Below are positions 31,350 through 41,738 of a DNA stretch of 64,000 nucleotides, piece after piece (the stretch's first letter is position 1; the number at the start of each line of letters is the position of its first letter). Origin of the DNA: Kiritimatiellia bacterium (GTDB lineage: Bacteria > Verrucomicrobiota > Kiritimatiellia > JAAZAB01); contig JAXGPF010000003.1 of assembly GCA_040767085.1 (NCBI GenBank), positions 512,001-576,000 of the forward strand. Reading direction: 5' to 3'. The notes under the pieces were generated by a model that was given only the letters and a program-made list of their open reading frames with translations, was not told where the DNA came from and did no database searches. The position numbers were made by a program, and so were the translations under genes.

Positions 31350-31418
31350 CACGTGCCGGCAGGCGAAGGCTGGATGACTTCACTACCAACGGAGCCCCCA
31401 CCCGCGTCCTTCTTCAAC

Positions 31419-31481
<63 letters not shown>

Positions 31482-31495
31482 CCATTTCCCGCCAG

Positions 31496-32629
31496 TCAAC
31501 CCCCGCTCCTCCACGGATATTTTATCCGCACCAATTCCCCTCCCTTGCGCGCCGACTCGGCGGCGTAAATCCCGGGCAGGGTCATCCGCAAACCTTCGCG
31601 CAGGCTGATGGGCGACGGCCCCCCCGCGCGGACGGCTTTGATGAACGCATCCCACATGGCATAGTCCAAGCCGCCATGGCCCAGCTTCACCTCTTTGGCA
31701 TATTCCGGACGGGTATAGCCGTCAATCGGCAATTCCATCCAGTTTTTGTAGCCGTAAAGCTCTTTGGAATAAAACAAAGTCCGCTGCTTAGCCGCGTGCT
31801 CGGTGCTTTGGAATGTCGGATAGGCAAGCGTCCGCTCGAAAGCGCCCTTGTCGGTGAAAAACCGGTAATTATGCTGGTAGCCGATTGGCGAATTATGGCA
31901 AAAAGAAGTCAGCAAATGCACCACGACATTGGACCTGGTGCGAAAAGTCGCGGTCATGGCGTCATGCACGCCCGGCTCGCCGGTGACATGGCTGCCGGTA
32001 TCGAAGCAGGACACCCACTCCAGGTCTTCATCAACCAGGCGCAATACCGGACCCAGGGAATGGGTGCAATAGAGGATAGGCTCCATGGTTTTGCGCCAGG
32101 GCGTTTGATCCCAATACTGGCGGCAATCGTGGAGATAGGCCGCCTCGACGTAATATGGCTCGCCGAACAGGCCGCGCCTTTTCAAGTCCAGCGCGGTCTC
32201 TATAAAGCCCTTGAAATTGGCATTGGCGCCGGTCATGTAAAACGCCTTGCTTTTTTGCTGTGCCGCCCATAACGCCTCCCCCTCCGCAACAGTGTTGACG
32301 GTAGGAATATCCGAAAGCACATGAATATCGCGCGCGAGCGCCTTGGAGGCGAATTCCGCGTGCAGATGCGCCGGAGTTTCGATCAACAGCGCGTCCATGG
32401 CGGCATCCTTGAGCATCGTGTCGAAATCATCGAAACACGGGACACCGGGAAATTTTTCACGCGCACAGCCGAGGGCCTGCGGGTCTTTATCACAAATAGC
32501 CGCCGGCTTGACGCCCTCGAAAGCGGTGGTTGCCAGGCGCAGCAAACCCGCGCCGCGCCCGCCGCCCAGATCGTTGTTTGTAACATTCTGCCCGTACCCC
32601 ACCAGTCCCAGTTTTATTTCCTGCGCCAT
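31496..32629 (-). CDS. Gfo/Idh/MocA NAD-dependent oxidoreductase, GH109-like (paralog 1)
   Basis: GLVGYG Rossmann motif, ETP..LH, AYLHD, YCTHSLGP, GHGGLD. Confidence 0.88.
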   Translation of the reverse strand: MAQEIKLGLVGYGQNVTNNDLGGGRGAGLLRLATTAFEGVKPAAICDKDPQALGCAREKFPGVPCFDDFDTMLKDAAMDALLIETPAHLHAEFASKALARDIHVLSDIPTVNTVAEGEALWAAQQKSKAFYMTGANANFKGFIETALDLKRRGLFGEPYYVEAAYLHDCRQYWDQTPWRKTMEPILYCTHSLGPVLRLVDEDLEWVSCFDTGSHVTGEPGVHDAMTATFRTRSNVVVHLLTSFCHNSPIGYQHNYRFFTDKGAFERTLAYPTFQSTEHAAKQRTLFYSKELYGYKNWMELPIDGYTRPEYAKEVKLGHGGLDYAMWDAFIKAVRAGGPSPISLREGLRMTLPGIYAAESARKGGELVRIKYPWRSGG

Positions 32630-32645
32630 ATTTGCATTACCCCCG

Positions 32646-33956
32646 TCATTTAAACCTGAACATGGTCCCGCGCAAAACATGTTCGTAGCACCCGATATCC
32701 ACCCGCCCGGAGAACCGGTCCAGACGCGCCCGGCCGTCCAAATCCAGGCCGCCCGCCATCCAGGCTTCATTCAAGCCCGTGTTGATGCAGGGCGAGCCGT
32801 CCGCCAGGCGGTAATCGCCGCCAGCCGGATCAACAAAGCCGGGATAGTTGGTGATATTGTTGTTGCCTGCCAAGCCCGGCGCGCAGCAATTGGTCATGAA
32901 CGCCTGATCGAGATTGCAGTCCGTGTTGGCATTGGAATATATGATCGTGTTGCAGGCGGTAAAGGAATATGGGATGACCGCCCATTGATGCACCCCGCCG
33001 CCAATGGGGGCGGCATTGCTGGCGAAGGTGCAATTATGGATTTCGCCGAAATGCATGTTCGCAACATTCCCGGCATAAATAATCCCGCCGCCCCGGATAG
33101 CCGCCGCATTGCCGGCGAACAGGCAGTTGTAAACCTTTACGTTCTGATTGGAATTCGGACGGCATATTGAAAGGCCTCCGCCATAGCCGGAAGAATTATT
33201 GAGGATCAAGCAATTTGAAATAACCGGATACAAAGGAGCGGATGGTATGCCTATGCCGCCGGCGTAACTGCTTGAGGAAGCCACATTGCCGGTGATGATG
33301 CAATTAATGATCCGCGGACTGTCGCTCGCGATGTTAATGCCGCCGTAACCATTTGAGCCTGTATTCCCGCTGACCAAGCAATGGTTTAAGACGGCATTCC
33401 CGCGCAAATCACACCCGCCGGCATTATTTTCGCCCAAGTTTGACGCAATCCGGCAATCATGAATCGTTCCGCCATCCGCGCGGACTCCGCCGGCGCCGCG
33501 GATGGACCGGCAATTGATGATATGGCAGTTCGACACCGTGCCGCCCACCATGTAGATTCCCCCGCCATCGCTGCTTGGCGCGGTGAGATATCCGTTAGTG
33601 ACGGTCACATCCGCCAGGAACGCATTCGAATGATTCAAATAAAAACAACGCACGACATGGTTGCCGTCCACGCGGACATCTGCCGGGTCGCCGGTGAATC
33701 TGCGCACGATCCTGTCCCCCACGGTGATCTGCGATGACAACACATAGTTTCCATTGCTGACCAGCACCGTATCGCCGGCGGCCGCGGCATTAACCGCGGC
33801 CTGGATATCGGTTGACGCCGCGGCCCAGCCGTTGGTGAAGGGCGAAACATGGCCGCCATCCGGCGACACATAATGGGTGTCCGCCATGGCCGTCCCCATG
33901 GCAATGCACGCTAATATGGCGGGCATGCCGCTTGTGACGCGAATACATGAAAACAT
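32646..33956 (-). CDS. Secreted right-handed beta-helix / choice-of-anchor-Q protein
   Basis: GAAGGAGG RBS; signal peptide; THYVSP..IQAAV; GGG repeats; DYRLADGSPCINTG...DLDG..R...DIGCYE; ends RGTMFRFK. Confidence 0.85.
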   Translation of the reverse strand: MFSCIRVTSGMPAILACIAMGTAMADTHYVSPDGGHVSPFTNGWAAASTDIQAAVNAAAAGDTVLVSNGNYVLSSQITVGDRIVRRFTGDPADVRVDGNHVVRCFYLNHSNAFLADVTVTNGYLTAPSSDGGGIYMVGGTVSNCHIINCRSIRGAGGVRADGGTIHDCRIASNLGENNAGGCDLRGNAVLNHCLVSGNTGSNGYGGINIASDSPRIINCIITGNVASSSSYAGGIGIPSAPLYPVISNCLILNNSSGYGGGLSICRPNSNQNVKVYNCLFAGNAAAIRGGGIIYAGNVANMHFGEIHNCTFASNAAPIGGGVHQWAVIPYSFTACNTIIYSNANTDCNLDQAFMTNCCAPGLAGNNNITNYPGFVDPAGGDYRLADGSPCINTGLNEAWMAGGLDLDGRARLDRFSGRVDIGCYEHVLRGTMFRFK

Positions 33957-34106
33957 ATTCCCCTCCTTCTGCGGTGATTCGTTCCATTATGAATTAAAGT
34001 CCATCGCCCATCCCGACATCTGATGCGCGCTATTTTGCCTCCGCCGGAACCGGTGCGCGCCGCACCCCGCTTCGCCAAGATCCGGATGCGCCGCGCACTC
34101 ATGAGC

Positions 34107-34253
34107 CAATTTCAAAAGTCCCCCGGCGGGGTTACCCCGCCGGAGACCAAGGTTATGAAAAACGCCACATGTTGTTTAAAAACAACACCTTGTGTTTTTG
34201 CATAACCTTTCGTTCCTGCCACGCAAGGTGGCAGGGGACGACTTTTGAAATTG
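34107..34253. mobile_element. Small TIR-bounded, internally multi-hairpin element (MITE-like)
   Basis: Perfect 14-bp TIR CAATTTCAAAAGTC / GACTTTTGAAATTG enclosing three stem-loops. Confidence 0.6.
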
Positions 34254-34262
34254 AATCTCGTA

Positions 34263-34562
34263 TCATTCTGCATCCCAAATCAACCTTGCCCGGCCCACCA
34301 TGCACCAGCCCCAGTTATATTGGGCAGCCAGGGCCTCCTCCGCCGGGCCGGCTTCGCCGACGGCAACGGTCTTATAGTCACCCATGGTGTTTGCGATTGC
34401 AATGATATTTTCGCCCGGCTGCAAAATCCCGGCCGGCACGGCATACGTTTTCGCGCCCCACTTATTTTTGGGATATTCCACCGGCCCGGCAAATATTTTG
34501 TGGCCGTTAATGGCGATTTCGATTGCGGCGATTTCCGCTTTCTCGTTGTCCAGCCCCTGTAA
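34263..34562 (-). pseudogene. 3' fragment of the IS-interrupted DUF4838-like secreted protein
   Basis: Removing IS copy B joins ...GNVKLE to LQGLDNEKAEI...ARLIWDAE* in frame. Confidence 0.88.
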
Positions 34563-34570
34563 CTCCAGTT

Positions 34571-36104
34571 GTTTCCTCACCAGAATTTGTGGGTGATTAC
34601 CGGTTCGGGCAATTGCCCAAGGGTATGATATAGCGCCATTTCCGCGCCATGAAAAGTTCTGAAGCCATAAGATCGTTTGGTAACCACTCGAGCTTTATTG
34701 TTCAAGCCCTCGGTTGCGCCAGTAAAAACCTCGTTTCTGGCTCTGATCCAGTTCAAAAGCAGCTCCTCGTGTTTAGCAATGGTTTTAGCCGCCTTAATGA
34801 TTGGCGCAATGCGGCTACGACAGGCGCGCTTGACCCATGCCTGGAGATAATTACGCGCCCAGGTTGGGCTGTGATAGCTCCAAAAATGCTGAAAGCTTTC
34901 CTTGAACAAATAGGCGCGGCCGGTTTGCAGTCTTGTGCCCAATATCCGATCAAGCATTTCGCGAGCTTTGCCGCGCACGCGGGTTTTGCGGCGCAGCAAG
35001 GTCCAGCGCATTTTCTTGAGTTTTTGCTTGGCCGCCGGACGCGCTGTCATCGCCGCCATATCCCGGCGCCGGACCTCGTCCACGGCGGCATTCAAGGTTT
35101 GCACGACATGGAAGCGGTCAATCATGTGGCAACCGTGGCTGAGGCTCGCAGCAATGACTTTCAGATAAGGTCGCCACATATCGCTACATATATGTCGAAT
35201 GCCGGCCAGCACGGGTTTTCCCAAAGATTGCAACCCTTTACGCAGCGCGGCCGCCCGGCGGGTTTGGCCGACCCAGAGCAATCGGCGGCATTGCGCATCA
35301 ATCTGATAGATCAAGGTCAGATAGTTCTTGCTCTTTTTACCGTTGCCTACGTGGAGTTCATCAACACCAATCGCCGTTATATTGGCCAATTCCCGGTGCG
35401 CCAAGCCCCATTCCACCATCCACTCGACCGACCGATAAACCGCCTGCCAACTGACTTTGAAAATCAGCGCCGTCTCTTTCCAGGACAACCTCCGCGCCCA
35501 GTTCCCCAAAAAAAGCATCAGCGCCTTGCTGTAGGGTCGTTTGCCATCGCTCCAAGGCAGCGCTTCCACCACCACGCCATGTTCGGGGCAATTTACCCGG
35601 CGCGGACTATAATGCAAAAAAGCCGGCACATTCAAAATGGGCACAAACGCCCATATCCGTTCAGGCAGAGTGTCGTATGTCGCCAGCGGTCGCCCGCAAC
35701 GCGAGCAGCATGCCGCGCGTTGGCGATGCGGACGAATGCTTATATCCACTTTCCATTGGCCGCGACGATCCAAAACCATACAAGTTTCCTGATAAATAAA
35801 ACGTTTCAAAGGTTGCAAACGATTCAAAATTGTTTTAAGTTTCACCTTGGGCTGGTCCTCCTTTTTTTGTGTTCACCCATTGCATACGCAATGGATTACG
35901 GAAAGGCCAGCCTATTTTTTTGCCGCCGCTTTATCTCCGTTCCGCCATCGCGCCAATCAGGAGTTATTAATCAGGCTGCTGCGGGGCCGCCAAACGCCCA
36001 AAGCGGCAGGCTGTTAATAACTCCACCATCTTTTGGCGCCATTGCTTGGAGAACTTCTTAAACTTTAAAACCTGTTTTTTACCCACAAATTCTGGTTAGG
36101 AGCC
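34571..36104 (-). mobile_element. ISL3-family insertion sequence, copy B (inverted copy of 649-2182)
   Basis: Same length, IRs and transposase protein as copy A; own 8-bp duplication CTCCAGTT at 34563-34570 and 36105-36112. Confidence 0.95.
34577..35845 (-). CDS. ISL3-family DDE transposase
   Basis: Protein identical to 908..2176. Confidence 0.95.
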   Translation of the reverse strand: MKLKTILNRLQPLKRFIYQETCMVLDRRGQWKVDISIRPHRQRAACCSRCGRPLATYDTLPERIWAFVPILNVPAFLHYSPRRVNCPEHGVVVEALPWSDGKRPYSKALMLFLGNWARRLSWKETALIFKVSWQAVYRSVEWMVEWGLAHRELANITAIGVDELHVGNGKKSKNYLTLIYQIDAQCRRLLWVGQTRRAAALRKGLQSLGKPVLAGIRHICSDMWRPYLKVIAASLSHGCHMIDRFHVVQTLNAAVDEVRRRDMAAMTARPAAKQKLKKMRWTLLRRKTRVRGKAREMLDRILGTRLQTGRAYLFKESFQHFWSYHSPTWARNYLQAWVKRACRSRIAPIIKAAKTIAKHEELLLNWIRARNEVFTGATEGLNNKARVVTKRSYGFRTFHGAEMALYHTLGQLPEPVITHKFW

Positions 36105-38639
36105 CTCCAGTTTTACATTGCCCAAGGGCTGGCGGTCGAGTTTAAAATAAGCTTTCACCCGCGATTCGGGCGAGCTCCGGCGGCGGAGCACTGCTGCCGG
36201 ATGCCCCTGGTATTGCGCGTAATGCGTCGAGCCCAGCCAGGCCTTGGCCGGCAATTCAAGGCCGCACTCGATGGCTTCCTGCAAATAAACCCGGGTTTTC
36301 AATGCCTTAACCGGATCGGCCAGAAAATCATCTATTTTCCTGTCGTTAAACCAGGTATATGGACCGCGATCGAAATCCAGCGTACCGGTCGTCTGGTACA
36401 GCCACTCGGAAAACGGCACCCGCCAGCCGGCATACGGCTCGCGGCATTTACGCGCCAGCTTGACCAGTTCCGCCAGCTTCAGGGCATAATCCTCGAACAA
36501 ATCGTCCGGGATGGCGGGATGAACGGCGTTAAATTCGTTGATGTAAGTATATAACACCTTGTATTTTTCCGTGTGAATTTTCATCAATGCCAGGTCGTCG
36601 TTCCCGGCGGCGGCTTCCGCCCGCGACAGTAAATCCAGCGCCCGGCCGGCGTATGCCAGCGGTACCCGCCGGAACCGGTGCACATTGGCTTCCCGGTACA
36701 CCCGCCACTTGGATGGATCGGCCACGCATTGCCGGACCAGATCATGGTGCATATCGAAATATTCGCGCATCAATGGCGCCGCGCCGCCGTAGAGCAGCGG
36801 CATGATTTCATCTATCATGGTTTCCAGGTCGGCGTCCGGACTCCAGATCAGCCGGCCGGTGGTGTAAAGCGTCACTTCCGGGAAATCGCCCCGCAGCCCG
36901 CAATGGTGGAATCCGCGAATGCCTTTGGCCGCCGCCAGTTTCAGTTTTGCGGCATTCTCATAAGTGTTTACCGGGTACAGGAAAAGTGTCAGATTGGTTC
37001 CGGTAAACGCATTCCAATCATCCAGCAATCGCATGCCGCGCTGGTTCTGCGGGCAGTCGGCCGCCTCCCACACCGGCCAGGATGAGCCCCAGAAGGCGTA
37101 TTGGATGGCCACATTCGGGTGCAGTTTTTCGCGCAACGGCAAATCTTCGCGGCCTTTACCATAGGCCAGGATGACAAGCTTGCGGTCGGGATGCTTGCGG
37201 CTGGTGATTGCCGCAATGGCATTGGCATAGGCAATCAGCCGGTCGGTCAGGATTTCCTTGTCAGCATCCAGCGCCGTGCATAAGTCGCATTCGCACCAGC
37301 CCGTGCCGTCGCCCTGGCCGATGCCGAAATATTTTGTATGCGGATACATATCCATCAGGCGCCCGATCCGTTCCGCGGCAACTTTTTGGAGATCGGGGTT
37401 CCCCAGGCATAAATTAAGGTAGCCCCAGCTTTGTTCCAACTGCTTGTACGGGCCATCCACGACACGCCGGCCTTTCACCATGGCGTAATACTCGGGATGG
37501 TTCGTCGCATACAAATACGGCGGGGCCAGGAACAGCGGCGGATGTACCCAGCCGACCGCGGCGGCATCGGCCTTTTCACTCGGCGCCACGGTTGAATCGG
37601 GATGGAGATACCCGTATTTCCAGGCCGCAAATGTTTGATTTTGATCAAGCGGGCCGGTGGTCCACTCGAAGGCCGGCTGCCGGGCAAGATCCATGGCCGG
37701 AATTTTCAATTCCCGGTTCTTTTTTACCGTAAAAAACTTCGGCGCGTAAAATTTTACGCCGCACAATTCCGATAAATGCAGCGCGCCGGCCAGCACGCCC
37801 GCGTCGTTCCCGCCGGTCAAATCCAGGTTGCCGCCGCCGCAGACAATGCGGAATCCGTTGGCTTCCGGCGCGCCGCCCGGCGCCGGAAGAACCGGCTGAT
37901 CCGGAATAGTTTTTTGCAGGTTGGCGATGCGCAGCCAGCCCTGGCCGTCCGCGGCCTCACTGCCGGTAAAGACCGGCAAGACCGCTCCCGACGCCAGGTA
38001 GGCATTGACCCGCAATTCATGCGCGGCCAGCGTTTCCGCCCAACCGGGAGCATCCGGCAGCCGAATGCCGCGCGCCGGGATGTATTGGCCTTGATCGCCG
38101 ATCAATATCCGCCCAGCCGCGTCCGGTTGGAGCGCCGCGGCGATTTTAAAGCCGCTGACGGACAGTTTTACGCCCTTGGGAACATGTATTTTGATACAAA
38201 ACCCGTAATGATCCTCCGGCTTTACATCGGCCGAAAGTTCCTCCCACTCGTCCAGTTTCCGGTTGACCAGGCTGGTATCGCGGCTGCCCCCGCTGCTTCT
38301 GTTACGGACGCGCATCGCCACATAGGCGCCTTTGCCGCCCTCGGTTTTCATGCGGCAGGAAAATTTATAAGCCGGGGTGACGTCATCCCACATGTCAAAC
38401 TGCATCAAGTCGGCCGGACCTTCGATCACAATGCCATTTTCCATGAACGCCAAACGCCCCCGGCCGGCCTCCAGAATATTGGTCGCCTGCGCATAATAAT
38501 TCCAATCCGCCGGCGATTGAAATTCGCCGGGCTCAAACCCGGCATTGCGCACCAGGTTGATTTCATATGCCACCGGTTCCGCGCCCAGCGTCCCCGCCAG
38601 GCAAATCATTACCAACAGACAGGCTGTTATTCGTGTCAT
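36105..38639 (-). pseudogene. 5' part of secreted DUF4838-like protein with N-terminal CBM-like domain, truncated by IS
   Basis: AGGAG RBS; signal peptide; NLVRNAGFE; HPEYYAMV.G.R, LCLGNP, WCECDLC, LAY motifs; stops 2 codons into the IS. Confidence 0.78.
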
Positions 38640-38745
38640 TTTCATCTCCTGGTTGAAGTGATCCTGCTTGTGCTTCCACTTTTCTTCTGCTTGTCCTTCG
38701 CGATCTTTGCGGTTAAATATTTTCGGCATCACTCTTTTATGGCGC

Positions 38746-39858
38746 TTACATCTGACTCCAAGGGTAAACAATGCGCATCAGTTCCCCGCCCTTGCGCGCC
38801 GACTCGGCCGCATAAATTCCGGGCAGGGTCATCCGTAAACCTTCCCGGAGGCTGATCGGCGATGGCCCCCCAGCGCGGACAGCCTCGATGAACAGCTTCC
38901 ACATGTAATAATCAATCCCGCCATGGCCCAGGTTCTTCCGGGCGGCAAATTCCGGGCGGGTATCGTCAGTCGGCAATTCCATCCAATTATTGTAGCCGTA
39001 AAGGTCGGTGGAGTAGAAGAGCGTCCGCGGCCCTTCCGCCGGCTCCTTACGGAACGTGCGATAATTCGGCGTACGCTCGAAACACCCCTTGGTGGTGAAA
39101 AACCGGTAACTGTGATGTCCGCCCCGATAGTTGTTGATGAAGGATGTCAGCAACCGTACCACCACGTTTTTTTTGGTCCGGAACAACGCGGCCATGGCGT
39201 CATGCTGGCCCTCCTGCCGATTGACATGGCTGCCGGTGTCGAAACAGGAGACCCATTCCAAGTCTTCATCAATCAGCCGTAACACCGGCCCCAATGAATG
39301 GGTGCAGTAGCGGATGGGTTCCATGTTGGCGCGCCAGGGCGTATCCTTCCACAAGCCGCGGCAGTCATGGATATAGGCCGCCTCGATGTAATAAGCCTCG
39401 CCGAACAAGCCGCGTTTTTTCAAATCCACGGCGGTGTCAATAAATCCCGCCAGGTTGGCATTGGCGCCGGTCATGTAAAACGCCCGGCTCTGCTGCTGCG
39501 CCGCCCAGAGCGCGGCGGCTTCCTCCGCCGTATGCACGCAGGGAATGTCCGAAAGCACGTGAATGTTTTTATTCAACGCCTTGACGGCAAAATCCGCGTG
39601 CAAGTACGATGGGGTTTCGATCAGCAGCGCGTCCATGGGGACTTCCGCGAGCATTCGATCGAAATCGGCAAAGTGCTTGGCATCCGGGAAATCCTTACGC
39701 GCAACTTCCAACGAATGCGGCGTAGTCTCACAGATCGCGGCGGCGGTTACCCCTTCGAAATTTTGCGTGGCCATTTTCAACAGGCAACTGCCGCGCCCGA
39801 TGTTCTTCTCCGGATTCGACCCGTATCCCACCAGTCCCAATTTGATAGCCTTGGTCAT
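38746..39858 (-). CDS. Gfo/Idh/MocA NAD-dependent oxidoreductase, GH109-like (paralog 2)
   Basis: Same motif set as paralog 1 (AYIHD, YCTHSLGP, GHGGID). Confidence 0.88.
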   Translation of the reverse strand: MTKAIKLGLVGYGSNPEKNIGRGSCLLKMATQNFEGVTAAAICETTPHSLEVARKDFPDAKHFADFDRMLAEVPMDALLIETPSYLHADFAVKALNKNIHVLSDIPCVHTAEEAAALWAAQQQSRAFYMTGANANLAGFIDTAVDLKKRGLFGEAYYIEAAYIHDCRGLWKDTPWRANMEPIRYCTHSLGPVLRLIDEDLEWVSCFDTGSHVNRQEGQHDAMAALFRTKKNVVVRLLTSFINNYRGGHHSYRFFTTKGCFERTPNYRTFRKEPAEGPRTLFYSTDLYGYNNWMELPTDDTRPEFAARKNLGHGGIDYYMWKLFIEAVRAGGPSPISLREGLRMTLPGIYAAESARKGGELMRIVYPWSQM

Positions 39859-40073
39859 AATTCACGCCCCTGTATATTTAACCGCTTCCAATGCATCCAG
39901 CATTAATTATCCACGACTCTTCCCTGAATATCCCCGATCCATCCGCCCATCCGGCTCCGTGGTAAAAAATCCGCAAACCGATTCTGCCGTCAATGCGGTC
40001 CTGCCATGTTGCCGGAATAAATCCTGAATTCCTGTTACTATTCTTTTCATCATAGTCACGATAAATTAAATGG

Positions 40074-41434
40074 GCCGCTTCCGGGTTTTGTGTGGGTAGC
40101 CCCCATATGTAGTGGTGTCAGCATGCGAAAAGGCGGATCATTGGAGACGCGGGCGCTTTCGGCATGAGATCGAGTCCTCCACAATGAAAATAAATGGCTT
40201 TTTTATAGTGATCCCGGTTGCGGAAACCGCAGGCCATCCGTTTGACCTTTTCTATCTTGCTATTAAGGCTTTCGCCCATGGCGTTGGTAACGCGGAGTTT
40301 GGCAAAGGTGACGATGTTAGCCATATGTGCCATCAAGGTCTTCGCCGCCTTGACCATAGCAGGCAACCGGGAGTGTGTTGCCCAGTGATACCACCGCTTA
40401 AAGAACTTCCGCGCCCAGGCCACCGAACGATACGACCACAGATGCCGCAGATTCTCCTTGATCGCCCACGCCCGGCAAACCTTCAAATCTTGGGATTTGA
40501 GTTGTTCGAACTCCACACGACGCCAATCGGGAATATTTTCTTCATTCCAAAGCCAAAGATACTTCGTGTGTTTCAAATCCTCTCGGCCCACTTGCATCAA
40601 TTGCCGGTGTTCGATCTTGCGAACCTCGTCGACTGCCTTGGAAACATAGGCTGTCACATGGTATCGATCAAAGACGATCTTCTGGTGGGCAGCGGAAATC
40701 CAAGCGCGTGTCGCCGCGATGTACGGATCCCACATGTCCATGGCCACGGCTTCCACCGCCGCGCGCTCTTCCAGCGTGAACTGTTTGTAATATCCTTCCA
40801 AGCTTCCCTGCTCCCGATTGTCGGCCACATATTCCACCGTCGCTTGCTCCAAATCATAGACCAGCGTCTCGTACTTGTGGCCTTTTGCAAACGATTTCTC
40901 GTCCACCCCGATCCGTGCCGGCAACTTATGTTCCTTGCGATCCCAGCCGCGCGCTACACCACGTTCCACCACCGCCCACGCCTGCTCCCAGCTAATCCCC
41001 GTCAATCGACTAGCTCCACTCAAGCTGCATTCCTCAAGCACTGTAATAATCTGTCGTTCAAAGGCATATGTCATCGGCGAACCATTCTCGCCAAACTCCG
41101 AAAGAATCTGCTTAACCCCGTGCCGAGCGCACTGCGCACGCGGCAGTCGCACATGCACATACGTCGCCATTTCACAACTGTTAAGATGCCGATATTCGCG
41201 TTCCGCCGTGTGGTCGTACACTGGCCCAAATTGCCCACATTCCGGACAGGCCACTTGCACTCCCGGTTCATGCTTAACCCATACGTCCACACGACGGGCA
41301 CTCTCGTTCACCTCAACCCGACTAACCAACCAAGGCCCTCGCAATCCCAACAATTTCGCGTATAATGTATTTGCATTCATTCACCACTATTACCACAACC
41401 TGTAGGGGGTGCCCATTCAAAAGTCTGAAGCCCC
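40074..41434 (-). mobile_element. Second, distinct ISL3-family insertion sequence (1361 bp)
   Basis: 8-bp duplication TTAAATGG at 40066-40073 and 41435-41442; about 43-bp imperfect IRs (GCCGCTTCCGGGTTTTG.. vs GGGGCTTCAGACTTTTG..). Confidence 0.88.
40118..41380 (-). CDS. ISL3-family DDE transposase
   Basis: CPEC...CARH zinc finger, IGVDE, AMDMW, FDRYHV, ESLNSKI motifs. Confidence 0.95.
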   Translation of the reverse strand: MNANTLYAKLLGLRGPWLVSRVEVNESARRVDVWVKHEPGVQVACPECGQFGPVYDHTAEREYRHLNSCEMATYVHVRLPRAQCARHGVKQILSEFGENGSPMTYAFERQIITVLEECSLSGASRLTGISWEQAWAVVERGVARGWDRKEHKLPARIGVDEKSFAKGHKYETLVYDLEQATVEYVADNREQGSLEGYYKQFTLEERAAVEAVAMDMWDPYIAATRAWISAAHQKIVFDRYHVTAYVSKAVDEVRKIEHRQLMQVGREDLKHTKYLWLWNEENIPDWRRVEFEQLKSQDLKVCRAWAIKENLRHLWSYRSVAWARKFFKRWYHWATHSRLPAMVKAAKTLMAHMANIVTFAKLRVTNAMGESLNSKIEKVKRMACGFRNRDHYKKAIYFHCGGLDLMPKAPASPMIRLFAC

Positions 41435-41500
41435 TTAAATGGTTAATAGGCCGGCCAGGTTCTGCGCGCCGTTTGGGAATAATCATTGCGTCCATTTAAT

Positions 41501-41600
41501 CCGGATGCCGAACGCCGTTCGGCCACTACATTTCCGGATGCCGAACGCCGTTCGGCCACTACATTTCCGGTTGTAGTAGCGTCACGGTGTGACGCATCTG
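41501..41600. repeat. REP array (two 33-bp tandem units plus one inverted variant)
   Basis: CCGGATGCCGAACGCCGTTCGGCCACTACATTT x2, then TGTAGTAGCGTCACGGTGTGACGCATC. Confidence 0.8.
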
Positions 41601-41607
41601 TTCCACT

Positions 41608-41686
41608 CCCAAGGCGCGCGCCGCGTGGCGCCCTGCCTCGACAAGATTGACCTCAATCAATGTCTATATTATTTTGAGATCCTTAG
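41608..41686. repeat. Degenerate partial copy of the 18177/31187 MITE
   Basis: CCCAAGGCGCG...GGCGCCCT...CAAGATTG..CTCAAT.AATGTCTATATTATTTTGAGA.CCTTA matches one MITE end. Confidence 0.7.
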
Positions 41687-41738
41687 TAATTTTGTCCACC
41701 CATTCCGCTTTGCATGGCAGGCCCTGACGATCAAGGCG

